63,593 nt of DNA, filler included, from Nitrospinota bacterium (GCA_030620925.1; 8 parts of 8 records of this genome joined end to end with filler, not necessarily neighbours in it), one strand, 5' to 3'; shown: positions 9,398-19,908, counted from the first letter of the whole stretch. Program-made: numbers and translations. The notes: generated by a model not told the origin, from the sequence alone.

Positions 9398-9562
9398 TCA
9401 GCTTTTAGTGGACGTTCTTGCAAAAAAAGATGTGAATTGCTGTTCCACTTTCACTGAATTGCATTTGGGGCACTTGACCCTCTTGTTTCCCTTTTCACTG
9501 ATACTCAGATTCAGGGAAAATTTCTTTCTGCATTTAGCGCACTGATAATCATACGTCGGCAT
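9398..9562 (-). CDS. FmdB-family zinc-ribbon protein (54 aa, not in ORF track)
   Basis: MPTYDYQCAKC...VKCPKC...FFARTSTKS; AAGGAGG RBS. Confidence 0.88.
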   Translation of the reverse strand: MPTYDYQCAKCRKKFSLNLSISEKGNKRVKCPKCNSVKVEQQFTSFFARTSTKS

Positions 9563-9806
9563 CTCGCAAACCTCCTTCGGATTTATCCACTAACTGGAAG
9601 TAGAGTTGTATTATACCTGTCTCGGCTTTGCATATGGGCGGTTTTTGTGCCCTCTAAAATATCCGCGGCCATACCGGTTAAAAGATTCGAGTCCCTTACA
9701 CAACTAATATAGACTCGCCGGAGCAATTTTTCTTCATGTTTTATCGAATGGTCTGCTGATTTTGCATGGGCTGCAACCAGCAGCGGAGGCAGCCCCCTTT
9801 TTCAGC

Positions 9807-10607
9807 TCAGGCCGTGGCCCGGTAAGAGCCGCCGTCTATGTTTATGTTCGTGCCGGTGATATAGTCGGCTTTGTTGGAACATAAGAAGGCCACCATGTAG
9901 CCTATCTCCTCCGGTTTGCCGAACCTCCTCAACGGCACGCCCTGTGACCTCTCATCCAGCACCTCTTGCGGCTTCCTGCCGGAGCTCTTCCCCAGGGTCC
10001 GGGCGTTTTCCTCCCACATGGGAGTCAGTATGGGCCCCGGCGAGACGCTGTTCACCAGGATGTTTAACTGGGCGAGGTCTTCGGCCATGGCCTTGGACAG
10101 GCTGATAACGGCTGCCTTGGTGGTGGTGTATTCCACCAGGTTGGGCAGCGGCGGGAGGGCTATCATTTTCCCCACGATGGAGGTGATATTGATTATTCGG
10201 CCCCAGCCTTTTTCTTTCATATAGGGGACCGCCCCACGCGAGCAGCGGATGGTGCTCATGAGGTTGAAGTCGATCCCCGCCTGCCAGGTTTCATCATCCA
10301 GCTCCGTGAAGCTGCCCCTTTGGCCGCCGCCGGCATTGTTCACCAGAATATCTATGCCCCCCAGCTCCCTGGCCACGGTATCTACGAGCTTTGTTATTTC
10401 GTCCGCGTTCGTTACGTCCGCCTGCACGGCTACGACCTGGTACCCCTTGTCTTTAAACTCCTTCTCCGTTTCCTTCAGTTGGCCGGCTTTCCGCCCGCAG
10501 ATGGCCACTGCCGCCCCCTCCGCGGCCAACACTTCCGCGCAGGACTTTCCGATCCCTGCGCTGGAGCCGGTTATCATTGCGTTGCGTCCCTTTAGTCCCA
10601 GGTCCAT
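9807..10607 (-). CDS. SDR oxidoreductase
   Basis: MDLGLKGR start, TGSSAGIG, NNAG and YTTTK. Confidence 0.92.
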   Translation of the reverse strand: MDLGLKGRNAMITGSSAGIGKSCAEVLAAEGAAVAICGRKAGQLKETEKEFKDKGYQVVAVQADVTNADEITKLVDTVARELGGIDILVNNAGGGQRGSFTELDDETWQAGIDFNLMSTIRCSRGAVPYMKEKGWGRIINITSIVGKMIALPPLPNLVEYTTTKAAVISLSKAMAEDLAQLNILVNSVSPGPILTPMWEENARTLGKSSGRKPQEVLDERSQGVPLRRFGKPEEIGYMVAFLCSNKADYITGTNINIDGGSYRATA

Positions 10608-10807
10608 AGCCCTTCTCCTTCCTCGATGAGATAGTCTTGCGTTATTGTCCCGACAATGGATAATTATAGCTTCAAACGAGTGCCATTTCCATATCGTTCG
10701 GAGTTTATTCAAACAAACGGTTGCACTCGCACTCTGTTTCTGGATAGGCGAGGGAAAAGAGTGCCCCGCCGGATAATCGGGGCATCTCTTGATTTTGTAA
10801 ACCGTCT

Positions 10808-11719
10808 CTAAACCAGGGGTTCGTAAGGGAATATATCGGCCGTGGTCACCAGGGGTGAGAAAGAATCGGCCATGGCCCCGGGGATTACATCAGCAATACT
10901 CTGCGGGTCCCAGCCTTCTGCCCGGTGTATGGTCCTCACCGGCCTGGGGAGCGAGAAGAGTATTATCTCTTTCGCCCTCACGCCGAAGACCTGCCCGCTG
11001 ATTTCTCCCGCCTCTTCGCTGGCCAGATAGGTGACCAGGGGTGCGATATGGCCGGGGTCCATCCTCTTGATTTTCTCCAGGCGCTGTTTGTCTTCTTCGG
11101 TCCTTTCTGGGATGGTTCCGATGAGGCGCGTCCAGGCGAAGGGAGCGATGGCGTTGAAGGTAACGCCGTAGCGCTGCATGTCCAGCGCACAGTTCCTGGT
11201 GAAACCCACGATTCCCAATTTGGCGGCGCCGTAGTTTGATTGGCCGTAGTTGCCCAGGATACCGGAGGTCGAGGAGAAATTAATGACCCTCCCGTATTTC
11301 TGCTGCTTCATGTAGTTCGAAGCGGCCCGGGTGCAGTCGAAGGTGCCCTTCATGTGCACTTCCATGACGCCGTCCCACTCTTCTTCTGTCATGTTGAATA
11401 TCATCCTGTCGCGCAGCACGCCGGCGTTGTTCACCAGTATGTCTATTTTGCCGAAATTGTCGATCGCCGTCTTGATGATGTTGTGGCCGCCTTCCCACGT
11501 GGCGACGGTATCGAAATTATCCACTGCCTCACCGCCCGCGTCGGTTATCTCTTTGACCACCTGGGTGGCGACGGCCTGGTCAGAACCCGTGCCGTCTTCG
11601 GCGCCGCCCAGGTCGTTCACTACAACCTTGGCCCCTTCCTTGGCCATAAGCAGAGCCATGCTTCTGCCGATGCCTCTGCCCGCTCCGGTAACTACCGCCA
11701 CTCTGTCCTTGAGCATCAT
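10808..11719 (-). CDS. SDR oxidoreductase (3-hydroxyacyl-CoA dehydrogenase, MFE-2-like)
   Basis: TGAGRGIG, VVVNDLG, NNAGVLRD and YGAAK. Confidence 0.92.
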   Translation of the reverse strand: MMLKDRVAVVTGAGRGIGRSMALLMAKEGAKVVVNDLGGAEDGTGSDQAVATQVVKEITDAGGEAVDNFDTVATWEGGHNIIKTAIDNFGKIDILVNNAGVLRDRMIFNMTEEEWDGVMEVHMKGTFDCTRAASNYMKQQKYGRVINFSSTSGILGNYGQSNYGAAKLGIVGFTRNCALDMQRYGVTFNAIAPFAWTRLIGTIPERTEEDKQRLEKIKRMDPGHIAPLVTYLASEEAGEISGQVFGVRAKEIILFSLPRPVRTIHRAEGWDPQSIADVIPGAMADSFSPLVTTADIFPYEPLV

Positions 11720-12073
11720 CTGGGTTGCCTCCTTTTGGTTGAAAATTTACTGTACAAGACAGTTGCAGTTTAAAAGGATAATCCAGGTAACTTCTTACTG
11801 AGCGAATTAACGGCGCGTATTATAACAGGAAGACCGGCTCGTGCCAAACTAAGAATGGGGGATGCGAAAACCTTTGTTCGTCAGAACGGAGCGATAACAG
11901 CAAGGCGGGAAAATTCCGGCTAAAGTTCAATGTCTTTTTCAGTCGATAAATATATATCATGAGGTTGGTTTTTTTTAATATCCTACTAGAGGAGGAAGTA
12001 GCAGAATGCCGTGAGGATAGTAAGGAGGATTAAAGAGCAGGTAAGCATTACCTTGATAACAGGAGAAAGAACG

Positions 12074-12418
12074 ATGAGGGGAAAAATAAAAGTTGTTGTG
12101 CTTCTCGGAGCGTGTGGGCTTCTTCTTACAGCCTGCATTGGGGAGATGACTCCAACTGATGCGACCTCACAAAAAAGTGGAACTCCAAAAGTTACTTCTA
12201 AAGCTTCGTCCAGGGCTGACCGGGTGGAGATTGTGGTCGATCGGGCAAATATAAGAGCTGGAGCATCTGCTAAGAGCAAAAAGATCGCAACCCTGAGCAG
12301 AGGTGCCTTATTGGATAAATTTGCCGTAAAAGGGAACTGGATAAAAGTCTCCCTACCAGACGGAAGGCAGGGCTGGGTATATAAGACACTGACAAGGGAA
12401 GTAGAGTCATCTAAATAA
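12074..12418 (+). CDS. SH3-domain lipoprotein
   Basis: lipobox LTAC; bacterial SH3 pattern ANIRAGAS...NWIKV...GWVY. Confidence 0.8.
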   Translation: MRGKIKVVVLLGACGLLLTACIGEMTPTDATSQKSGTPKVTSKASSRADRVEIVVDRANIRAGASAKSKKIATLSRGALLDKFAVKGNWIKVSLPDGRQGWVYKTLTREVESSK

Positions 12419-12491
12419 AAACCACTGAGAAGGAGTACCAGATCCGAGCAGCCGGGTGGAATTCACCTGGTAGCATAAGAGAAACTTTACG

Positions 12492-12526
12492 GGGACCGGT
12501 TTAGTATAGCCGGTCCCTTTTTATTT
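12492..12526 (+). terminator. intrinsic terminator
   Basis: GGGACCGG...CCGGTCCC followed by TTTTTATTT. Confidence 0.7.
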
Positions 12527-12781
12527 ATTGGTCATCCTATGAACTCCCGGGGGTCTTGTTTTTTTGGGAACTCCTAGTCACTGGATAAAATTGAAATTCA
12601 AGGTATGAAACCGTCCGCATGCACCACTTTGATCGGGGAGATGTCCAGAGGCTTTTTGCGTTACTTAACTTCAGTTGAAGTGGATAGCAACTCAAGCGTG
12701 GTTGAAGTCAAAGGTGGTTTAACCGTGGTATTTTAAAAGCTGATGCCTCCCCGATACCGTTGACCTGCGGAGGCCGAAGGA

Positions 12782-12961
12782 GTGAGAACCCTCGCATTTG
12801 CAATCGCCTTCCTTCTCCTCTTGCCCACCTTCGCCTACCCGCGCCCCGATAGCCTGGGCAAACAGGGCGGCCACTACAATCGCAAGACTGGAATTTATCA
12901 CTTCCACGGGGAATCGTGTAATAGCAGAGGACAGATACCGGCTCCCGTTGTAGTTCCATAA
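12782..12961 (+). CDS. small secreted YHYH-domain-like protein (59 aa, not in ORF track)
   Basis: GTG start, hydrophobic signal peptide, then LGKQGGHYNRKTGIYHFH. Confidence 0.6.
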   Translation: MRTLAFAIAFLLLLPTFAYPRPDSLGKQGGHYNRKTGIYHFHGESCNSRGQIPAPVVVP

Positions 12962-12970
12962 AAAAAGAAT

Positions 12971-13065
12971 TGGCGGAAACGCGTGGGAGTCGAACCCACC
13001 GCAGGGGTCTTAGCCCTGCCACTGGATTTGAAGTCCAGGAGGGACACCGGTCCCCATGCGCTTCC
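12971..13065 (-). tRNA. selC: tRNA-Sec (anticodon UCA)
   Basis: 95 nt GGAAGCGC..CTGGACTTCAAATCCAG..long variable arm..GGTTCGACTCC..GCGTTTCCGCCA; 8-bp acceptor stem and encoded CCA. Confidence 0.96.
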
Positions 13066-13994
13066 GTTCTGTTGTGGACAGCTATCATCAATGTACGATT
13101 ATCCGGGTGACCTCACTGTTTCTAATAGGTGACCTGAGTCTTCTTGTCAAGGTTTTAATGAGTTATACGACTAATTTTGTTCACTTTTAAATTTAAGTAT
13201 GATATAAATATATACATGGTTATCCGGTTTTGTCTTAATTGCTGGAATTTAGCTGGATAGAAAAGATAATCTTTTAATAATTATCAAGTTAGGAATCTAT
13301 TATGTTAAGTCCGTCCTTATACGATAATGGTTATCAATTTATAGAAACTCTAAATAGAGTTTGCTTAAGTCTGTTATCAATATTATAAGGCGGAAGAATA
13401 ATGCCGACCCCTGTAAGGCCGCTCTATCGAAAGGGTTGAGGAAGCCCCTGCCCCATGAAGAAAACACCCTGAGTTTGCCCTGTCTGATCGAGTATAGCAA
13501 GGTGTTTTTAATTAATTGCATGATCTTTCTGGATCTTTTCATCCTTGCCGGATGAGTAGGTAAAGAATATCCATTACTGATGCCGGGTTCGCTTTTGTTT
13601 GCTTCCTGGTACCCCCTTCATTTCGCAGATTCCTTGATTTCGGCCGAGGGAAGTTGCTGGCTGAATCTGTGGGGAAAGCTGAATTTGGATAGGATACCGT
13701 TACCGACCGTAAGTTATTGAAAGTAAAGTATTATGATTTTACTTAAAATTGACGATAAAACTATTAGTAGTGTTTTGTTTTATGGATAAATTTCTATGAT
13801 CGGCTGCATCTCAAAATCGTAGTTAGGGAGGAATAGACTGCCTGATAGTTTTTGTTATAGAGCCGGCACAGAATAGGAAGTGGGTATAAGCGCGAAATTT
13901 GCCTTTCTGGATGCGAACCGAAGGAGATTGATTCTATGAACCTGGATGGTACAAAAGATATATCCGATTCTGATGTTTCAGGCAGCGACGACCG

Positions 13995-14094
13995 NNNNNN
14001 NNNNNNNNNNNNNNNNNNNNNNNNNNNNNNNNNNNNNNTTAATTAATTAANNNNNNNNNNNNNNNNNNNNNNNNNNNNNNNNNNNNNNNNNNNN
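13995..14094. other. artificial contig linker
   Basis: N run-TTAATTAATTAA-N run (stops in all six frames). Confidence 0.98.
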
Positions 14095-14096
14095 AA

Positions 14097-15275
14097 TTGG
14101 AACCCATTTCGGGTGACCCCAGCCGCGGCCTGCTCGATCTCCTCGAGAAGACTACCGATCTCCCCACCACCTGGGACTTCTATTCCGAATTCCTGAACCG
14201 GAACAAAAAGAGCATCTCCGTCGACCTCAAAAACCCTGAGGGAAAAGAAGCAATCTACCGCGTAATCAAGCACTGCGATGTCTTCGTGCAGAACTTCCGT
14301 AAAGGGGTGGTGGACAGGCTGGGCATGGGCTACGATGAGCTGAAAAAATATAATCCGAAGATTATCTACGCCTCTGCCTCCGGCTACGGCATCGACGGTC
14401 CGGACAGTTGGGAACCCTCTTTCGACTATATGGGGCAGGCCCGTTCGGGTATAATGAACGCCATCGGTGGTCCCGATTTGCCCCCCACCTTCATCGTGGG
14501 CGGCATAGCGGACCAGATGGGCGCAATTATGTTGGCCTATGGGATCATGGCGGCTATAATCGCCAGGGAGCGGCAGGGCGTCAGCCAGAAGGTCGATATA
14601 TCGCATCTGGGCAGCATGATGCATCTGCAGGCGTTCAATGTCCAGCTGGGGCTGAACCTGGGGCTGGCAGCCCCCAGGTATGACAGGGAAAAAGCGGGCA
14701 ACACCTTGTGGAACCATTACAAGTGCGCCGACGGTAAATGGATATGCCTGGGCATGGTGGAAGCGGACCGCTACTGGGCAGATTTCTGCAACGCGCTTGA
14801 AGTGCCCCAATATGCCGATGATCCCCGTTTCCACGACGCGGCCGCTCGCAGCGTTAACGCAGAGGAGGCGGTGGCCATCCTCGACGAGCGCTTCGCATCC
14901 AGGCCCAGAGACGAGTGGATGAAAATTTTGAAGGAAGGTGGAGACTTCATTTATACCGTGGTCAACGACATACCCGACCTGGCGCAGGACCAGCAGGCGC
15001 TCGTAAACAACTACGTGGTCGATTTCGACCATCCCCGGCAGGGGCCGGTAAAAGTCACCGGTTTTCCCGTCCAGTTCAGCGAGACCCCTTGTGAAATACA
15101 ACTGCCCGCCCCGGAAATGGGCGAGCATACCCATGCGCTGCTTGAAGAGTTCGGCGGATACGACCGGACGGAAATAGAGGAGATGTTAAGAAAAGGTGTG
15201 ATCGTCAGTTCGGGATCGACTGCCAAAGAAGGCGCGCCGTCGAAGGCGGCCAAAACTTTTGAGCCTGAAAGATAA
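14097..15275 (+). CDS. family III CoA-transferase (CaiB/BaiF), 5' truncated
   Basis: NRNKKSISVDLK, DVFVQNFR, FDYMGQARSG and APEMGEHT. Confidence 0.93.
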   Translation: MEPISGDPSRGLLDLLEKTTDLPTTWDFYSEFLNRNKKSISVDLKNPEGKEAIYRVIKHCDVFVQNFRKGVVDRLGMGYDELKKYNPKIIYASASGYGIDGPDSWEPSFDYMGQARSGIMNAIGGPDLPPTFIVGGIADQMGAIMLAYGIMAAIIARERQGVSQKVDISHLGSMMHLQAFNVQLGLNLGLAAPRYDREKAGNTLWNHYKCADGKWICLGMVEADRYWADFCNALEVPQYADDPRFHDAAARSVNAEEAVAILDERFASRPRDEWMKILKEGGDFIYTVVNDIPDLAQDQQALVNNYVVDFDHPRQGPVKVTGFPVQFSETPCEIQLPAPEMGEHTHALLEEFGGYDRTEIEEMLRKGVIVSSGSTAKEGAPSKAAKTFEPER

Positions 15276-15338
15276 GAGTCTTATAAACGTTGGTAATTTC
15301 TTACGGCATCGTAGAAGCCGGCAACAATCGAAAGGAGA

Positions 15339-16124
15339 GTGATGATGACCGATAATCCTTTTTCAGTGGACGGAAAAGTGGCTATAGTAACCGGCGGAGG
15401 CACGGGCATAGGGGAGTCCATCGCCGTCGAGTATGCCCGCGGCGGGGCCAAGGTGGCCATTGGCAGCCGGAACGTGGAAAACTGCCAGAAGACGGTCGAT
15501 AAGATCAAGAAAAACGGCGGCGAGGCCTTTGCCCAAAAGTGCGATGTCAGAAACCCTGACGACTCACAGAGCCTGGTGGACGCTACCGTTAAAGAGTTCG
15601 GCCGGTTGGATATCCTGGTGAACAATCACGGGGCCAGTTTCGTATGCCCCGCCGAAGACATCAGCGCCAACGGTTTTGCCACCATAGTGTCCATCAACCT
15701 CAACGGACTCTTCTATCTCAGCCAGTCGGCGATGAAGGTCATGAAGGAGCAGAAGGATGGCGGTGTCATAATAAACATCTCCAGCATGGCCGGCGTATCC
15801 GGCTCTCCCAGCATGTCCCATTACGGAGCGGCCAAGGCCGGGGTGGTGAATCTCACCCGCACCCTCTCCAGCGAATGGGCCCCCTACAACATCAGGGTGA
15901 ACTGCATAGCTCCGGGGCCGATCGTCACCGAGGGCTACCTGTCCAACCTGGGTTATAAGGAAGTTCCCGAGAAATATACGGAACCGGTTCCCCTGAAACG
16001 ATGGGGCAAAGTGGAAGAGATAGCCTGGCCCTGCATCTTTCTGGCTTCTGAAGCTTCCGGCTTCATGACCGGGGAGACCATCTGCATCGACGGCGGGCCG
16101 AGATTCCAAGAGGGTTCGGGTTGA
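15339..16124 (+). CDS. SDR oxidoreductase
   Basis: TGGGTGIG, YGAAKAG and IRVNCIAPG. Confidence 0.92.
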   Translation: MMMTDNPFSVDGKVAIVTGGGTGIGESIAVEYARGGAKVAIGSRNVENCQKTVDKIKKNGGEAFAQKCDVRNPDDSQSLVDATVKEFGRLDILVNNHGASFVCPAEDISANGFATIVSINLNGLFYLSQSAMKVMKEQKDGGVIINISSMAGVSGSPSMSHYGAAKAGVVNLTRTLSSEWAPYNIRVNCIAPGPIVTEGYLSNLGYKEVPEKYTEPVPLKRWGKVEEIAWPCIFLASEASGFMTGETICIDGGPRFQEGSG

Positions 16125-16981
16125 AAGCCATAGATGTTCACGCTCACATGAGCACCGCCGAATATACCTACGAGCGAAGGTATGGGAAAGAAGTGTCCGA
16201 CGCCATCCAGAAATACTACCGGGTCAAAGAGGTGGTAAAGACCGAAGAGGAGATGGCCCAGGATTTTACCGAACATGGTGTGAGGGCGTTTATAATAGCC
16301 TGGGATGCGGAGTTTAAGAGCGGTTACCCCAGGGTGACCAACGACTACGTGGCCGGTGTTGCCAAGCAGCACCCGGAGGCTTTTGCCGGCGCCTGGGCCA
16401 TGATAGACCCCTGGAAGGGGGAGATGGCCATCAAGGAGCTTGATCACGCTATCAACGACCTGGGCATGATCGGGGTTAAATTCCAGCAGGTGGCCCAGGA
16501 ATTCTTTCCCAGCGACCGTATGGTCTACCCATTTTACGAAAAGTGCGTGGAGCTGGGCTGCCCGGTGCTCTTCCACACGGGCACCACGGGCCTTGGCGCA
16601 GGAATACCAGGCGGGGGCGGCTATAAGCTCAAATATACCCAACCCATACCCTACATCGACGACGTAGCCGCCGATTTCCCCCATTTGACCATCGTGGGCG
16701 CGCATCCCTCATGGCCCTGGCAGGAGCAGATGATCGCAGTACTGCTCCACAAGAGCAACGTCTACGCCGACCTCTCAGGCTGGGCGCCCAAATACTTTTC
16801 GGATGTGCTCAAGCGGGAGATCAATGGGCGGCTGCAAGACAAGTTCTTCTTCGGCTCCGATTATCCGGAAATTCCCATCAAGCGATGGCTTGATGAGTTT
16901 ACCGGCGGTGAATACAAGCCGGAAGTGGTGGAGAAAGTACTCTATAAAAACGCCCAGCGCGTTTTCAACATCCAGATGTAA
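16121..16981 (+). CDS. amidohydrolase_2 family metal-dependent hydrolase
   Basis: IDVHAH, FHTGTTG, AHPSWPW and FGSDYP. Confidence 0.9.
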   Translation: MKAIDVHAHMSTAEYTYERRYGKEVSDAIQKYYRVKEVVKTEEEMAQDFTEHGVRAFIIAWDAEFKSGYPRVTNDYVAGVAKQHPEAFAGAWAMIDPWKGEMAIKELDHAINDLGMIGVKFQQVAQEFFPSDRMVYPFYEKCVELGCPVLFHTGTTGLGAGIPGGGGYKLKYTQPIPYIDDVAADFPHLTIVGAHPSWPWQEQMIAVLLHKSNVYADLSGWAPKYFSDVLKREINGRLQDKFFFGSDYPEIPIKRWLDEFTGGEYKPEVVEKVLYKNAQRVFNIQM

Positions 16982-17047
16982 CACAGCGAATGTTGTTAAA
17001 GATGAGGGGCGGGTCTCAACAGGGCCTGCCCCTTGTTTTTTCCCGGA

Positions 17048-17470
17048 TCACTCCGGCTCGTAGCCGGGGGCGTGTGCGGTGATGGCGTAGAGTTTCCAGC
17101 CATCCTCCTTTTTGACCAGGTTATAGGTCACCCCCATGCATTGCAGCACGTTGCCCTCACCGTCGTAGCGGTAGACGGTGCTCACCAGCAGGGCCAGGTT
17201 ATCGGCCATCAACGAAATTCTCCTGTCCGTTATAGCGCTGTTTTCCCAGCCTGTCGCCTTGAGCTGTTCGGTCAACTCCTGGATTATCTTTTCGGTTTCA
17301 GTCGCATCGTCCCAGACCATCGCTCCATGCCTCGTATCGGTATGCATTATGGGCATCTGGTAATGGGATACGTAGGCTTTGACGTCTCCACGCACGAAAC
17401 TGTCGTTCAGCGAGTCAACGGTGGCGTTGATCTCTTCCAGTAGTTTTTCTTTATCGACCATTCTGAGCAC
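17048..17470 (-). CDS. NTF2/SnoaL-like fold protein
   Basis: NTF2-type pattern ending YNLVKKEDGWKL. Confidence 0.7.
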   Translation of the reverse strand: MLRMVDKEKLLEEINATVDSLNDSFVRGDVKAYVSHYQMPIMHTDTRHGAMVWDDATETEKIIQELTEQLKATGWENSAITDRRISLMADNLALLVSTVYRYDGEGNVLQCMGVTYNLVKKEDGWKLYAITAHAPGYEPE

Positions 17471-17629
17471 CCCTCAATTTTGTGCGCCGCCTTTTGGTTG
17501 AGCTTTCATGCCTTTTGGGATATAGTTTAGGCCCTGATAGGTTTACATCTGCTGATTATAATGGCAAGGAAGTCTATTATCGAAAATGTGCGGGGTCAAG
17601 ATGTTTGACCGGAACGAAATGAAAGGGTC

Positions 17630-18814
17630 ATGAGCATGTCCAAGCTGAAAGTTCTTGCCAAAAAGATTGCGCCTGAAGTAGTGAAGCGCCGTCGTGATAT
17701 TCACGCCCACCCCGAGAGCGCTTTTGAGGAGGAGCGGACGTCTTCTCTGGTGGCCGAGCATCTCGATGCTCTGGGCCTGGAGGTGCAGACGGGCATCGCC
17801 AAAACGGGGGTGGTGGGTCTCCTCCGGGGAGGCAAAAAAGGCAAGACGGTGGCCCTGCGGGCGGATATGGACGCGCTCAGAATCCAGGAGCGCAGCAAGC
17901 TTCCCTACGCCTCGAAGATAAAGGAGCGAATGCACGCCTGCGGTCACGATGGGCACACCGCCATCCTCACCGGTGTGGCAAGCCTGCTCGCAGAGCTCAA
18001 GGGAGAAATAAAAGGCAACGTGAAGTTCGTATTCCAGCCCGCCGAAGAAGGCGGCGGCGGCGGGAGGATCATGTGCGAGGAAGGTGTGCTGCGCAACCCG
18101 AAGGTGGACGCCGCTTTCGCTCTGCATTCCTGGCCCTTTACGGAGATGGGCACCATTGCCATTAGATACGGCATCATGATGGCTTCCGCGGATTCGTTCA
18201 AGGTGGTGATAAACGGAAAAGGCTCCCACGGCGCTTACCCCCATAAGGGGGTGGACCCCATAGTGATCAGCGCCAAGGTGATCGAAAACCTGCAGTCCAT
18301 TATCAGCAGAGAGAGGGACCCCGTGGAGCCGGCGGTAATAACCGTGGGCACCATTCACGGCGGCACCGCACGCAACGTGATTCCCGAGCAGGTGGTCATG
18401 GAAGGCACGGTGAGGACGCTTATCCCCGAATGTCAGGCAGAAATAAAGAAGGCCATGCGCAGGGTGATTGGGGCCACGGCCAGGGCCTTTCGCGCCTCCT
18501 CCAGCTTCCGGTATGTCGATGGCTATCCCCCCACGGTCAACGACGACGCCATGGTGGACCTGGTGCACGAGGTGGGTGAAAAAGTTCTGGGGAAGGGCAA
18601 AGTGCACTGGCTCAAGGATACATCCATGGGCGGTGAGGATTTCAGCTATTTCCTGCAACTGGTGCCCGGGGCCATTTTCAGGCTGGGGGTGGGGCGGCCG
18701 GGAGAGTCGACACCAACCCCTCTCCATAACCCGCGGTTCAATTTCAACGATGATGCCGTGGTGCCCGGCGTTGAGGTTCTCGCTTCGGTGGCTCTGAGAT
18801 ATTTAAACGGTTGA
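17630..18814 (+). CDS. M20D amidohydrolase
   Basis: RADMDAL, MHACGHDGH, FQPAEEG and GGEDF. Confidence 0.95.
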   Translation: MSMSKLKVLAKKIAPEVVKRRRDIHAHPESAFEEERTSSLVAEHLDALGLEVQTGIAKTGVVGLLRGGKKGKTVALRADMDALRIQERSKLPYASKIKERMHACGHDGHTAILTGVASLLAELKGEIKGNVKFVFQPAEEGGGGGRIMCEEGVLRNPKVDAAFALHSWPFTEMGTIAIRYGIMMASADSFKVVINGKGSHGAYPHKGVDPIVISAKVIENLQSIISRERDPVEPAVITVGTIHGGTARNVIPEQVVMEGTVRTLIPECQAEIKKAMRRVIGATARAFRASSSFRYVDGYPPTVNDDAMVDLVHEVGEKVLGKGKVHWLKDTSMGGEDFSYFLQLVPGAIFRLGVGRPGESTPTPLHNPRFNFNDDAVVPGVEVLASVALRYLNG

Positions 18815-18994
18815 ATAGGGGTGGCAGGTGCTGACGACTGAAAATTTGCTTCCATTATAGAAATTTTAGTTTTATAACTTGTCGGTATATGTTATTTTCT
18901 AACGGGGGGTGGAAGAGGCCCCTCGTTTTTTTAATCTGCCTTACGCGGGCTGATTGGTGCAGCAACAAGATAGTCGGAAAAAGGAGGAATTTAA

Positions 18995-19177
<183 letters not shown>

Positions 19178-19255
19178 CGGTTAGGCTTCGATCGCTGAAT
19201 TCCTCTTCCCGGCTGAGATATGAATTGCAGACCGGGGGAGGAAACGAAAAATCAG

Positions 19256-19290
19256 AAAGGCCCGCGAATATTTTTCGCGGGCCTTTTTTT
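19256..19290. terminator. intrinsic terminator between convergent genes
   Basis: AAAGGCCCGCGAA..TTCGCGGGCCTTTTTTTT. Confidence 0.8.
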
Positions 19291-19293
19291 CTG

Positions 19294-19908
19294 CTAAAGG
19301 GGAGGTACGGGCTTCTTTATCTCTTTGAGACAGGTGTGGCTTCGCAAAAGTTGGAGCACGTTTCCCAGCAGGTCGACCGCCTGCTCCCCTTCGGGGATGG
19401 GGTCCAGTTTGATGAAAGCCGCTTCCCCGTTATCAATTAAGATGGTTGGCACCCCGAACACACCATATTTCTTAGCCCCCAGGAGATAGTCCTCGCCTAT
19501 TTTAGGTTTCAGCGAGGGATCCGACAGGTCTTTCTGAAACCGGTTCAGGTCTACCCCGGCCTTCCCGGCGGCTTCCAATACCGTTTCCCTCTCGTTAAGC
19601 TCTCGCTTTTCCTCGTGGCGCAGCTTCAGCAGGGCCATGTGAAAATCGTCCAGGGAACCGGCATCCTGACGCTGAACGGCCTGAAAAGCCTGGAATGCCA
19701 GCAAGCCGCGGCTTTCGTAATCGTCCGGCTGCTCCCACAACTTGAAATTCTCGTCATCGCTGTTCACCTGCTCCAGCGGGAAGCATTTCCAGGTGATGGA
19801 TATATCGTATTGTGAAGCGTTTTTTACCCTGTCCAGCCAGACCGCTGTCCTGTAGACAAAGGGTCACAGATAGTCGAAGAATATTTGCAAATCCACTTTC
19901 TGAGCCAT
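19294..19908 (-). CDS. DsbA/FrnE-like thioredoxin-fold selenoprotein (204 aa, Sec at codon 15)
   Basis: ATG 19908 gives MAQKVDLQIFFDYL-TGA-PFVYR, in frame with ORF 19294..19767 (YGVFGVPT cis-Pro loop); TGA lies at the catalytic Cys position. Confidence 0.88.
19827..19863 (-). promoter_or_regulatory. putative bacterial SECIS
   Basis: after UGA: CCCU..GUC..CAGC-GGUCUG-GCUG-GACAGGG hairpin; G-initiated loop 20 nt downstream. Confidence 0.65.

Noticed and set aside
12708-13091. 127-aa ORF on the minus strand
   Set aside because: Overlaps tRNA-Sec; spurious
13380-13500. GC-richer patch with minus-strand GGGCAAAC, a possible second GEMM riboswitch
   Set aside because: No GAAA-capped stem or GCAAAGC junction in the right order
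13995-14094. TTAATTAATTAA flanked by N runs, seven times
   Set aside because: Artificial contig linkers, not biological repeats; ORFs running into them are truncated
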